This document shows, piece by piece, positions 23,786 to 36,127 of a stretch of DNA of 52,026 bases. The DNA is from Octopus sinensis (taxonomy: Eukaryota). The notes under the pieces are model-generated. The model saw only the letters and a list, made by a program, of their open reading frames with translations, ran no database searches and was not told where the DNA came from. The translations under genes were made by a program, and so were the position numbers. The first letter of the stretch is position 1. The number at the start of each line of letters is the position of its first letter. The stretch covers positions 1-52,026 of the forward strand of contig NW_021833809.1 of the NCBI RefSeq assembly GCF_006345805.1, read 5' to 3'.

Positions 23786-24423
23786 TTTATTTGGACAACT
23801 TGCTTCAGGACAGTAGAATGGCAAACATTAACATATTAAGAACATTGCATGGGGTCTCTGCCATGATGGATGGCATGCTCCCATGAAATCATCAAAGTGT
23901 CCTGGAGGAGGGCCAGAATGAACTAACTATTCTGCTGTTCCCTATCCTGAATTACTCTTTCTTCTTTCACCTCCTTCTCCCCATAAACTGATACTTACCC
24001 CTGACAACACCTCCACCTTTGTTCACCATTCACTACATTCACCTCTGACCCCTATCGGTTTCCTCTCACCCCTTTTACAAACTTACCCACCCTCCCTAAT
24101 CATCTCTTCATATTCTCATTTATACTCACCTTCTGATCCCTACAGAGAACCCTTTGACACCTTGTCATCACCATCTTGGTTATCCTTCCATCTACCCCCA
24201 TCCTTATATAATTCAAGATAGCCTTGTACCTCCACTATAGTAAGACACCAGTTCCTGTCTCTCTTCAGACTTCAGCCTCTCGACACCAGGCATAGAGCCA
24301 CTTTCCTATCTACTACACACCTACAGAGTCGAGGGGGATATCAATAGATCCAACATATGGTGAACATCAGAGAAATAAAGAAAAAGATGTAAATAGCAAT
24401 ATAACAATACCATTCATGTACAA

Positions 24424-24496
24424 GCCTCCATAGCTCAGAGGTTAGAGCACTGGTCTTGTAAACCAGGGGTCGTGAGTTCGATTCTCACTGGGGGCT
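24424..24496 (+). tRNA. trnT-UGU: tRNA-Thr(UGU)
   Basis: Identical to 22651. Confidence 0.95.
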
Positions 24497-24593
24497 TTGT
24501 GTCAATTTTTTTTTTTAATATCTTACCTTACTTCCAGTTGCCGTTCGTCATGATCATCATTGTTTTTATCAGCTTCATCTTAACATCCACAAC

Positions 24594-24644
24594 AGCACTG
24601 GTCTTGTAAACCAGGAGTCGTGAGTTCGATTCTCACTGGGGGCT
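24594..24644 (+). pseudogene. 5'-truncated tRNA-Thr(UGU) (positions 23-73), G45A
   Basis: Lacks the 5' acceptor strand, D-loop and A box. Confidence 0.9.
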
Positions 24645-24743
24645 TTGTGTCAATTTTTTTTTTTTTTATATCTTACCTTACTTCCAGTTGCCATTCATCA
24701 TGGTCATCATTGTTTTCATCAGCTTCATCTTAACATCCACAAC

Positions 24744-24794
24744 AGCACTGGTCTTGTAAACCAGGGGTCGTGAGTTCGATTCTCACTGGGGGCT
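24744..24794 (+). pseudogene. 5'-truncated tRNA-Thr(UGU) (positions 23-73)
   Basis: 150 bp after the previous fragment. Confidence 0.9.
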
Positions 24795-26482
24795 TCGTGT
24801 CAATTTTTTTTTTTATATCTTACCTTACTTCCAGTTGCCATTCATCATGGTCATCATTGTTTTCATCAGCTTCATCTCAACGTCCACTTTTCTATGTCAG
24901 CATTGGTCAAACAGACTCTGTCGAATGACTCTCTCTCTCTTTACTCTTTTACTTGTTTTTTTCAGTCATGTGACTGTGGCCATGCTGGAGCACTGTCTTT
25001 AGTCGAGCAAATCGACCTCAGGACTTATTCTTTGTAAGCCTAGTACTTATTCCATCGGTCTCTTTTGCCGAACTGCTAAGTAACGGGGACGTAAACACAC
25101 CGGCATCGGTTGTCAAGCGATGTTAGGGGGACACAAACACAGACATACAAACATATACACACACACACACATATATATATACATATATACGACGGGCTTC
25201 TTTCAGTTTCTGTCTACCAAATTCACTCACAAGGCTTTGGTCGGCCCGAGGCTATAGTAGAAGACACTTGCCCAAGGTGCCACGCAGTGGGACTGGACCC
25301 GGAATCATGTGGTTGGTTAGCAAGCTACTTACCACACAACCACTCCTACGCTAAGATGATTCAGCAGAGAAACCATGTGTTTCAACTGGTTTTTTTGGTG
25401 TTTGATTGAAAGGGAGAATCAACAGGAAGAGAAAACGTCTAATTTATTTGGACATGGATGGATGGAAGCACTCCGTCGGTTACGACGACGAGGGTTCCGG
25501 TTGATCCAAATCAATGGAACAGCCTGCTCATGAAATTAACGTGTAAGTGGCTGAGCACTCCACAGACACGTGTACCCTTAACGTAGTTCTCGGGGATATT
25601 CAGCGTGACACAGAGAGTGGCAAGGCCGGCCCTTTGAAATACAGGTACAACAGAAATAGGAAGTAAGAGTGAGAGAAAGTTGTGGTGAAAGAGTACAGCA
25701 GGGATCACCACCATCCCCTGCCGGAGACTCATGGAGCTTTAGGTGTTTTTGCTCAATAAACGCTCACAACACTCAGTCTGGGAATTGAAACCGCGATCCT
25801 ATGACTGCGAGTCCACTGCCCTAACCACTGGGCCATTGCGCCTCCTTTATTTGGACAACTTGCTTCAGGACAGTAGAATGGCAAACATTAACATATTAAG
25901 AACATTGCATGGGGTCTCTGCCATGATGGATGGCATGCTCCCATGAAATCATCAAAGTGTCCTGGAGGAGGGCCAGAATGAACTAACTATTCTGCTGTTC
26001 CCTATCCTGAATTACTCTTTCTTCTTTCACCTCCTTCTCCCCATAAACTGATACTTACCCCTGACAACACCTCCACCTTTGTTCACCATTCACTACATTC
26101 ACCTCTGACCCCTATCGTTTCCTCTCACCCCTTTTACAAACTTACCCACCCTCCCTAATCATCTCTTCATATTCTCATTTATACTCACCTTCTGATCCCT
26201 ACAGAGAACCCTTTGACACCTTGTCATCACCATCTTGGTTATCCTTCCATCTACCCCCATCCTTATATAATTCAAGATAGCCTTGTACCTCCACTATAGT
26301 AAGACACCAGTTCCTGTCTCTCTTCAGACTTCAGCCTCTCGACACCAGGCATAGAGCCACTTTCCTATCTACTACACACCTACAGAGTCGAGGGGGATAT
26401 CAATAGATCCAACATATGGTGAACATCAGAGAAATAAAGAAAAAGATGTAAATAGTAATATAACAATACCATTCATGTACAA

Positions 26483-26555
26483 GCCTCCATAGCTCAGAGG
26501 TTAGAGCACTGGTCTTGTAAACCAGGGGTCGTGAGTTCGATTCTCACTGGGGGCT
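26483..26555 (+). tRNA. trnT-UGU: tRNA-Thr(UGU)
   Basis: Identical to 22651. Confidence 0.95.
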
Positions 26556-26654
26556 TTGTGTCAATTTTTTTTTTTTTAATATCTTACCTTACTTCCAGTT
26601 GCCATTCATCATGGTCATCATTGTTTTTATCAGCTTCATCTTAACATCCACAAC

Positions 26655-26705
26655 AGCACTGGTCTTGTAAACCAGGAGTCGTGAGTTCGATTCTCACTGG
26701 GGGCT
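26655..26705 (+). pseudogene. 5'-truncated tRNA-Thr(UGU), G45A
   Basis: Same junction and variant as 24594. Confidence 0.9.
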
Positions 26706-27518
26706 TTGTGTCAATTTTTTATTTTTTTTATATCTTACCTTACTTCCAGTTGCCATTCATCATGATCATCATTGTTTTCATCAGCTTCATCTTAACATCC
26801 ACTTTTCTATGTCAGCATTGGTCAGACAGACTCTGTCAAGTGGCTCTCTCTCTTTACTGTTTTACTTGTTTTTTCAGTCACGTGACTGTGGGCATGCTGG
26901 AGCACCGCCTTTGGTCGAGCAAATCGACCCCAGAACTTATTCTTTGTAAGCCTAGTACTTATTCTATCGGTCTCTTTTGCCAAACCGCTAAGTTACGGAA
27001 ACGTAAACAAACCAGCATTGGTTGTCAAGCAATGCTAGGGGGACAAACACAGACACACAAACATACACGCACATACATATATATACATATATACGAAGGG
27101 CTTCTTTCAGTTTCCGTCCAGCAAATCCACTCACAAGGCTTTGGTCGGCCTTTGGTGATTGTAGTGGTGGTTGTTGTTGTGGTGGTGGTGGTGGTGATGG
27201 TGTATGTGGGGTGGGTAGTGGTGATGACAATGATGATGATGATGATAAGGAGGAGGAGTGGGAGCAGGGTATGTTGGTGTGTCCTATTGTCCATGGTGAT
27301 TGATTGATTGATTGATTGATTGACTGGACAATTGATCTCTTTATCAATTGATCAAGAAATCCAAAGTCAAGAAATATGTCAACACCGTGTATTTATGGTG
27401 ACACACAGACAAGTATTTTTCTCATTCACAATAATCAATAGATCCAATGTATGGTGACTATTAGAGCGACAAAGAAAAGGACGTAAATAGCAAAATAACA
27501 ATGTACTCCTATGTGTGA

Positions 27519-27591
27519 GCCTCCATAGCTCAGAGGTTAGAGCACTGGTCTTGTAAACCAGGGGTCGTGAGTTCAATTCTCACTGGGGGCT
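27519..27591 (+). tRNA. trnT-UGU: tRNA-Thr(UGU), consensus
   Basis: Intact, T8 downstream. Confidence 0.95.
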
Positions 27592-28295
27592 TTGGTATTT
27601 TTTTTACATCTTTTTCTTTTATTTCCAGTTGTCATTCATCATCATGATCATCGTTATAATCATCATCTAAATGACCACTTTTCTATCCTTGCATGGGTCA
27701 GGCAGTGTTACCAGGCATAGACCCACTTTCCTATCTACTACACATCTACAGAGTTGATGGGGATATTGTTTTGCCTTGTCAGTTATTTTGGCAACCTCAC
27801 TAATGCTGGAGCCACAGGAAAAAGCGGCCAGTAGACTCTGTAAAGTGGTTGGTGTCAGGAAGGGAACCCAGCAGTAGAAACTGTTCCAGAGCAAACAGAG
27901 GAACTCCAGCTTGGCAGATACTGTTGAACCATCCAATTCGAGTCAGGATGGAAGACAGATATTAGATGATGATGATGATGAAGATGATGATGAAGATGGT
28001 GATGAGGGAATTTTTTTTCTTTTTGCTTTGCCTTCTCAGTTATTTGGCAACCCAACCTCTCTTGCGGTGGTGGTGCCATGAGAAATAGCACTGAGTTAAC
28101 TCTGTAAAGTGGTTGGTAGAAGTAAGGTCCTAAGGGATAGAAAACCATTCCAAAAAAAACATAGGGACTCAACCCAGTCAGTCGTCCATCTTGGCAGATG
28201 CTGTCAAAACATCCGATCAGTATCAGCAGGGAAGACAGACTCTAGATGATGAGGATAATGCTGCTGCTGCTGCTGCTACTGCTACTGCCACTGCT

Positions 28296-28326
<31 letters not shown>

Positions 28327-28390
28327 ATGCTGGTGGTGGTGATGATGATGATGATGATGATGAAGATGATGATGATGGTGGTGATGATGG

Positions 28391-28425
<35 letters not shown>

Positions 28426-28681
28426 ATGATGATGATGGCGGAGGTGGTGGCGGTGGTGGTGGCGGCGGGGGCGGCCGTGGTGGTGATGGTAGTAGTGGTG
28501 ACGGTGGTGGTGGTGGCGGTGGTGGTGGTGGCGGTGGTGGTGGTGGCGGTGGTGGTTATGGTGGTGGTGGTGTATGTGGGGGGAGGTATTGGTGATTATG
28601 ATGATGATGATGATGATGATGATAAGGAGGTGGAGGAGGAGTGGGGGAGCAGGGTATATTGGTGTGTCCTATTGTACATGG

Positions 28682-28713
<32 letters not shown>

Positions 28714-28903
28714 CAATTGATCTCTTTATCAATTGATCAAGAAATCCAAAGTCAAGAAATATGTCAACACCGTGTATTTATGGTGACACACAGACACGTA
28801 TTATTCTCATTCACAATAATCAATAGATCCAATATATGGTGACTATTAGAGTGACAAAGAAAAGGACGTAAATAGCAAAATAACAATGTGCTATTCTGTG
28901 TGA

Positions 28904-28976
28904 GCCTCCATAGCTCAGAGGTTAGAGCACTGGTCTTGTAAACCAGGGGTAGTGAGTTCAATTCTCACTGGGGGCT
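28904..28976 (+). tRNA. trnT-UGU: tRNA-Thr(UGU), C48A variant
   Basis: Variable loop GGGTA; otherwise intact. Confidence 0.8.
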
Positions 28977-29578
28977 TTGGTATTTTTTTTACATCTTTTT
29001 CTTTTATTTCTTGTTGTAATTAATCATCATGATCATCGTTATAATCATCGTCTAAATGAACAATTTTATTCTTGTATGGGTCAGGCATGAAGAATGATTT
29101 TCTATAGTCAGGTGTCCCTATCTGTTGCCAATAAAGCTAATATTTCTCCAAGGCTTGATATATTTATGGAGACACAGACACATGCATATATATATATATA
29201 TACACACACAAAGACATACTTAAATACATATGTATCCATGCATGCAGACATGCTCACACACACACACATGCACACACACACACACACATACACACACACA
29301 CACACACACATAGTGGATTTGTCATTCTGGATCCCAAAATAAAGTTTCACTGTTAGGCTCAATATCATTGACTATCATTGACCCAAATACTTCTGACCCT
29401 TTTTTACAATGTATTGAATCCTTCTATCCTGCCATCTTTTTTGTCAACTCAAATGGGGACACACAGACACACATGTTATTCACTTAGACAGAAATCAATA
29501 AATCCAGCACAAAGTGAAAATTAGAACCATTAAAAAAAGAATGGAAATAGCAATACAAAATAAGCAGACACTGCATAA

Positions 29579-29651
29579 GCCTCCATAGCTCAGAGGTTAG
29601 AGCACTGGTCTTGTAAACCAGGGGTCGTGAGTTCAATTCTCACTGGGGGCT
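29579..29651 (+). tRNA. trnT-UGU: tRNA-Thr(UGU), consensus
   Basis: Intact. Confidence 0.95.
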
Positions 29652-30198
29652 TTGGTATTTTTTTTACATCGTTTTCTTTTATTTCTAGTTGTCATTCATC
29701 ATCATGATCATCGTTATAATCATCATCTAAATGACCACTTTTCTATCCTTGCATGGGTCAGGCATTGTTACCAGGCATAGAGCCACTTTCCTATCTACTA
29801 CACATCTACAGAGTTGATGGGGATATTGTTTTGCCTTGTCAGTTATTTGGCAACCTCACAAATGCTGGAGCCACAGGAAAAAGCAGCCAGTAGACTCTGT
29901 AAAGTGGTTGGTGTCAGGAAGGATTTCATGATCAATTGATAAAAAAGATCAATTGTCCAATCAATCAATCAATCAATCAATCACCATGTACAATAGGACA
30001 CACCAACATACCCTGCTCCCCCCTCCTCCTCCTCGACTCTGTAGATGTGTAGTAGATAGGAAAGTGGCTCTATGCCTGGTAACACTGCCTGACCCATACA
30101 AGGATAGAAAAGTGGTCATTTAGATGATGATTTTAACGATGATCATGATGATGAATGACAACAGGAAATAAAAGAAAAAGATGTAAAAAATATACCAA

Positions 30199-30271
30199 AG
30201 CCCCCAGTGAGAATTGAACTCACGACCCCTGGTTTACAAGACCAGTGCTCTAACCTCTGAGCTACGGAGGC
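30199..30271 (-). tRNA. trnT-UGU: tRNA-Thr(UGU), A7G variant
   Basis: G7:T66 wobble; 5' flank truncated at about -49. Confidence 0.8.
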
Positions 30272-30416
30272 TCACACATAAAAGTACATTGTTATTTTGC
30301 TATTTACGTCCTTTGTCGTTCACACATAAAAGTACATTGTTATTTTGCTATGATGATGATGATGATGATGACGACGATGATGATGATGATGACGACGATG
30401 ATGATGATGACGATGA

Positions 30417-30464
<48 letters not shown>

Positions 30465-30812
30465 ATGATGATGATGATGATGATGATGGCGGTGGCGGTG
30501 GTGGTGGTGGTGGTGGTGGTTGTGGTGGTGGTGGTAGTGCCCTTCCTGACACCAACCACTTTACAGAGTCTACTGGCCGCTTTTTCCTGTGGCTCCAGCA
30601 TTTGTGAGGTTGCCAAAATAACTGACAAGGCAAAAAAATATCCCCCTCAACTCTGTAGATGTGTAGTAGATAGGAAAGTGGCTCTATGCCTGGTAACACT
30701 GCCTGACCCATACAAGGATAGAAAAGTGGTCATTTAGATGATGATTATAACGATGATCATGATGATGAATGACAACTAGAAATAAAAGAAAACGATGTAA
30801 AAAAAATACCAA

Positions 30813-30885
30813 AGCCCCCAGTGAGAATTGAACTCATGACCCCTGGTTTACAAGACCAGTGCTCTAACCTCTGAGCTATGGAGGC
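30813..30885 (-). tRNA. trnT-UGU: tRNA-Thr(UGU), G49A variant
   Basis: A49:C65 mismatch; 15-bp deletion in the 5' leader. Confidence 0.75.
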
Positions 30886-31210
30886 TTATTTTGTATTGCT
30901 ATTTCCATTCTTTTCTTAATGGTTCTATTTTTCACTTTGTGTTGGATTTATTGATTTCTGTCTAAGTGAATAACATGTGTGTCTGTGTGTCCCCATTTGA
31001 GTTGACAAAAAAGATGGCAGGATAGAAGGATTCAATACATTGTAAAAAAGGGTCAGAAGTATTTGGGTCAACGATAATCAATGATATTGAGCCTAACAGT
31101 GAAACTTTATTTTGGGATCCAGAATGACAAATTCACTATGTGTGTGTGTGTGTGTGTGTGTATGTGTGTGAGCATGTCTGCATGCATACATATGTATTTA
31201 AGTATGTCTT

Positions 31211-31243
<33 letters not shown>

Positions 31244-31455
31244 GCATGTGTCTGTATCTCCATAAATATGTCAAGCCTTGGAGAAATATTAGCTTTCTTG
31301 GCAACAGATAGGGACACCTGACTATAGAAAATCATTCTTCATGCCTGACCCATACAAGAATAGAAAAGTTGTCATTTAGACGATGATTATAACGATGATC
31401 ATGATGATTAATTTACAACAAGGAAATAAAAGAAAAAGATGTAAAAAAATACCAA

Positions 31456-31528
31456 AGTCCCCAGTGAGAATTGAACTCACTACCCCTGGTTTACAAGACC
31501 AGTGCTCTAACCTCTGAGCTATGGAGGC
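31456..31528 (-). pseudogene. trnT-UGU: tRNA-Thr(UGU), C48A + G71A, probably non-functional
   Basis: C2:A71 breaks the C2-G71 pair, a known Thr identity element. Confidence 0.65.
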
Positions 31529-32441
31529 TCACACAGAAAAAAGTACATTGTTATTTTGCTATTTACGTCCTTTTCTTTGTCGCTCTAATAGTCACCGTAT
31601 ATTGGATCTATTGATTATTGTGAATGAGGATAAGATGTGTCTGTGTGTCACCATAAATACATGGTGTTTGACACGTTTCTTGACTTTGGATTTCTTGATC
31701 AATTGATAAAGAGATCAATTGGCCAGTCAATCAATCAATCAATCAATCAATCACCATGTACAATAGGACACACCAATATACCCTGCTCCCCACTCCTCCT
31801 CCTTATCATCATGATCATCATCATCATCACCACTACCCCCCCCCCCACATACACCATCACCACCACCACCACTACCACCACCACCATCACTACCAACACC
31901 ACCACCACAACCACCACCGCCACCACCACCACCATCATCATCATCATCAACAGCATCAGCAGCAGCATCATCCTCATCATCTAGAATCTGTCTTCCCTGC
32001 TGATACTGATCGGATGTTTTGACAGCATCTGCCAAGATGGACGACTGGGTTGAGCCCCTATGTTTGCTTTGGAATGGTTTCTATCCCTTAGGACCTTTCT
32101 TCTACCAACCACTTTACAGAGTTAACTCAGTGCTTTTTCTCATGGCACCACCACCGCAAGAGAGGTTGGGTTGCCAAATAACTGAGAAGGCAAAGCAAAA
32201 AAAAAAAAAATTCCCTCATCACCATCATCATCATCTAATATCTGTCATCCATCCTGACTCGAATTGGATGGTTCAACAGTATCTGCCAAGCTGGAGTCCC
32301 TGTGTTGGCTCTGGAACAGTTTCTACTGCTGGGTTCCCTTCCTGACACCAACCACTTTACAGAGTCTACTGGCTGCTTTTTCCTCTGGCTCCAGCATTAG
32401 TGAGGTTGCCAAAAAACTGACAAGGCAAAAAAATATCCCCC

Positions 32442-32647
32442 TCGACTCTGTAGATGTGTAGTAGATAGGAAAGTGGCTCTATGCCTGGTAACACTGCCTG
32501 ACCCATACAAGGATAGAAAAGTGGTCATTTAGATGATGATTATAACGATGAGTGGTATCAAATGACCACTTTTCTATCCTTGTATGGGTAGGCAGTGTTA
32601 TCAGGCATAGAGCCACTTTCCTATCTACTACACATCTACAGAGTCGA
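32442..32647. repeat. Fold-back palindrome, 89/88-bp arms, 29-nt spacer
   Basis: 32442-32530 is the reverse complement of 32560-32647 (one indel, one substitution). Confidence 0.95.
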
Positions 32648-32696
32648 CAAAGAAAAGGACGTAAATAGCAAAATAACAATGTACTTTTATGTCTGA

Positions 32697-32769
32697 GCCT
32701 CCATAGCTCAGAGGTTAGAGCACTGGTCTTGTAAACCAGGGGTCGTGAGTTCAATTCTCACTGGGGGCT
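32697..32769 (+). tRNA. trnT-UGU: tRNA-Thr(UGU), consensus
   Basis: Intact; 5' flank truncated at about -57. Confidence 0.9.
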
Positions 32770-33163
32770 TTGGTATTTTTTACATCTTTTTCTTTTATTT
32801 CCAGTTGTCATTAATCATCATGATCATCGTTATAATCATCATCTAAATGACCACTTTTCTATCCTTGTATGGGCCAGGCAGTGTTACCAGGCATAGAGCC
32901 ACTTTCCTATCTACTACACATCTACAGAGTCGAGGGGGATATTCTTTTGCCTTGTCAGTTATTTGGCAACCTCACTAATGCTGGAGCCAGAGGAAAAAGC
33001 GGCCAGTAGACTCTGTAAAGTGGTTGGTAGAAGAAAGGTCCTGAGGGATAGAAACCATTCCAAAGCAGACATTGGGACCCAACCCAGTCGTCCATCTTGG
33101 CAGATGCTGTCAAAACATCCGATCAGTATCAGCAGGGAAGACAGATTCTAGATGATGAGGATA

Positions 33164-33241
<78 letters not shown>

Positions 33242-33424
33242 GTGGTGGTGGCAGTGGCGGCAGCAGTGCGGTGGTGGTAGTGGTGATGGTGGTGGTTGTG
33301 GTGGTGTTGGTGGTAGTGGTGGTGGTGGTGGTGATGGTGTATGTGGGGGGGTAGTGGTGATGATGATCATGATAAGGGGGAAGAGCGGGGAGCAGGGCAT
33401 ATTGGTGTGTCCTATTGTACATGG

Positions 33425-33455
<31 letters not shown>

Positions 33456-33651
33456 CTGGACAATTGATCTTTTTTATCAATTGATCATGAAATCCAAAGT
33501 CAAGAAATATGTCAACACCGTGTATTTATGGTGACACACAGACACGTATTATTCTCATTCACAATAATCAATAGATCCAATATACGGTGACTATTAGAGC
33601 GACAAAGAAAAGGACGTAAATAGCCACATAACAATGTACTTGCATGTGTGA

Positions 33652-33724
33652 GCCTCCATAGCTCAGAGGTTAGAGCACTGGTCTTGTAAACCAGGGGTCG
33701 TGAGTTCAATTCTCACTGGGGGCT
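33652..33724 (+). tRNA. trnT-UGU: tRNA-Thr(UGU), consensus
   Basis: Intact. Confidence 0.95.
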
Positions 33725-34281
33725 TTGGTATTTTTTTTACATATTTTTCTTTTATTTCCAGTTGTCATTCATCATCATGATCATCGTTATAATCATCATC
33801 TAAATGACCACTTTTCTATTCTTGTAAGGGTCAGGCGTGAAGAATGATTTTCTATAGTCAGGTGTCCCTATCTGTTGCCAATAAAGCTAATATTTCTCCA
33901 AGGCTTGACATATTTATGGAGACGCAGACACATGCATATATATATATATATACACACACAAAGACATACTTAAATACATATGTATGCATGCAGATATGCT
34001 CACACACACACACACATGCACACACACACACACACACACACATAGTGGATTTGTCATTCTGGATCCCAAAATAAAGTTTCACTGTTAGGCTCAATATCAC
34101 TGACTATCGTTGACCCATATACTTCTGACCCTTTTTTACAATGTATTGAATCCTTCTATCCTGCCATCTTTTTTGTCAACTCAAATGGGGACACACAGAC
34201 AGACATGTTATTCACTTAGACAGAAATCAATAAATCCAACACAAAGTGAATATTAGAACCATTAAGAAAAGAATGGAAATA

Positions 34282-34354
34282 GCCTCCGTAGCTCAGAGGT
34301 TAGAGAACTGGTCTTGTAAACCAGAGGTCGTGAGTTCAATTCTAACTGGGGGCT
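34282..34354 (+). pseudogene. trnT-UGU: tRNA-Thr(UGU) pseudogene (A7G, C25A, G44A, C63A)
   Basis: D-stem and T-stem mismatches; ~29-bp leader deletion; proximal T-run interrupted. Confidence 0.8.
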
Positions 34355-34756
34355 TTGGTATTTGTTGTTACATCTTTTTCTTTTATTTCCTGTTGTCATT
34401 CATCATCATGATCATCGTTATAATCATCATCATCTAAATGACCACTTTTCTATCCTTGCATGGGACAGGCAGTGTTACCAGGCATAGAGCCACTTTCCTA
34501 TCTACTACACATCTACAGAGTTGATGGGGATATTGTTTTGCCTTGTCAGTTATTTGGCAACCTCACAAATGCTGGAGCCACAGGAAAAAGCAGCCAGTAG
34601 ACTCTGTAAAGTGGTTGGTGTCAGGAAGGGCACCCAGCAGTAGAGACTGTTCCAGAGCCAACACAGGGACTCAACCCAGTCATCCATCTTGGCAGATTCT
34701 GTCAAAACATCCAATCAGTATCAGCAGGGAAGACAGATTCTAGATGATGAGGATAA

Positions 34757-34809
<53 letters not shown>

Positions 34810-34842
34810 ATGATGATGATGATGATGATGATGGTGGTGATC

Positions 34843-34887
<45 letters not shown>

Positions 34888-34949
34888 GTGGTGATGATGA
34901 TGATGATGATGATGATGATGTTGATGATGATGGTGGTGATGATGATGAA

Positions 34950-34986
<37 letters not shown>

Positions 34987-35078
34987 GTGGTGATGATGAT
35001 GATGATGATGGTAGTGGTGGTGGTGGTGGTGGTGGTGGTTGTGGTGGTGCTGGTGATGGTGTATGTGGGGGATAGTGG

Positions 35079-35136
<58 letters not shown>

Positions 35137-35416
35137 AAGGAGGTGGAGGAGGAGTGGGGGAGCAGGGTATATTGGTGTGTCCTATTGTACATGGTGATTG
35201 ATTGATTGATTGATTGATTGACTGGACAATTGATCTCTTTATCAATTGATCAAGAAATCCAAAGTCAAGAAATATGTCAACACCGTGTAATTATGGTGAC
35301 ACACGGACACGTATTATTCTCATTCACAATAATCAATAGATCCAATATACGGTGACTATTAGAGTGACAAAGAAAAGGACGTAAATAGCAAAATAACAAT
35401 GTACTTTTATGTGTGA

Positions 35417-35489
35417 GCCTCCATAGCTCAGAGGTTAGAGCACTGGTCTTGTAAACCAGGGGTCGTGAGTTCAATTCTCACTGGGGGCT
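35417..35489 (+). tRNA. trnT-UGU: tRNA-Thr(UGU), consensus
   Basis: Intact; proximal T-run lost, next T5 ~20 nt downstream. Confidence 0.9.
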
Positions 35490-35780
35490 TTGGTATATGT
35501 TTTACATCTTTTTCTTTTATTTCCAGTTGTCATTCATCATCATGATCATCGTTATAATCATCATCTAAATGACCACTTTTCTATTCTTGTATGGGTCAGG
35601 CATGAAGAATGATTTTCTATAGTCAGGTGTCCCTATCTGTTGTCAAGAAAGCTAATATTTCTCCAAGGCTTGATATATTTATGGAGACACAGACACATGC
35701 ATATATATATATATACACACACAAAGACATACTTAAATACATATGTATGCATGCAGACATGCTCACACACACACACACAT

Positions 35781-35813
<33 letters not shown>

Positions 35814-36127
35814 CACACTCACACACACAACACACACACACACACACAACACACACACATAGTGGATTTGTCATTCTGGAGCTCAAAATAAAGTTTCACT
35901 CTTAGGCTCAATATCATTGACTATCGTTGACCCAAATACTTCTGACCCTTTTTTACAATGTATTGAATCCTTCTATCCTGCCATCTTTTTTGTCAACTCA
36001 AATGGGGACACACAGACAGACATGTTATTCACTCAGACAGAAATCAATAAATCCAACACAAAGTGAAAATTAGAACCATTAAGAAAAGAATGGAAATAGC
36101 AATACGAAATAAGCAGACTCTGCATAA

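Noticed and set aside
26681-27307. 208-aa ORF
   Set aside because: Runs through a tRNA fragment, a SINE and a microsatellite.
27379-35474. Recurrent 'MNSRPLVYKTSALTSELW' and 'MEASIAQRLEHWSCKPG' ORFs as a small protein family
   Set aside because: They are antisense and sense translations of the tRNA-Thr gene itself.
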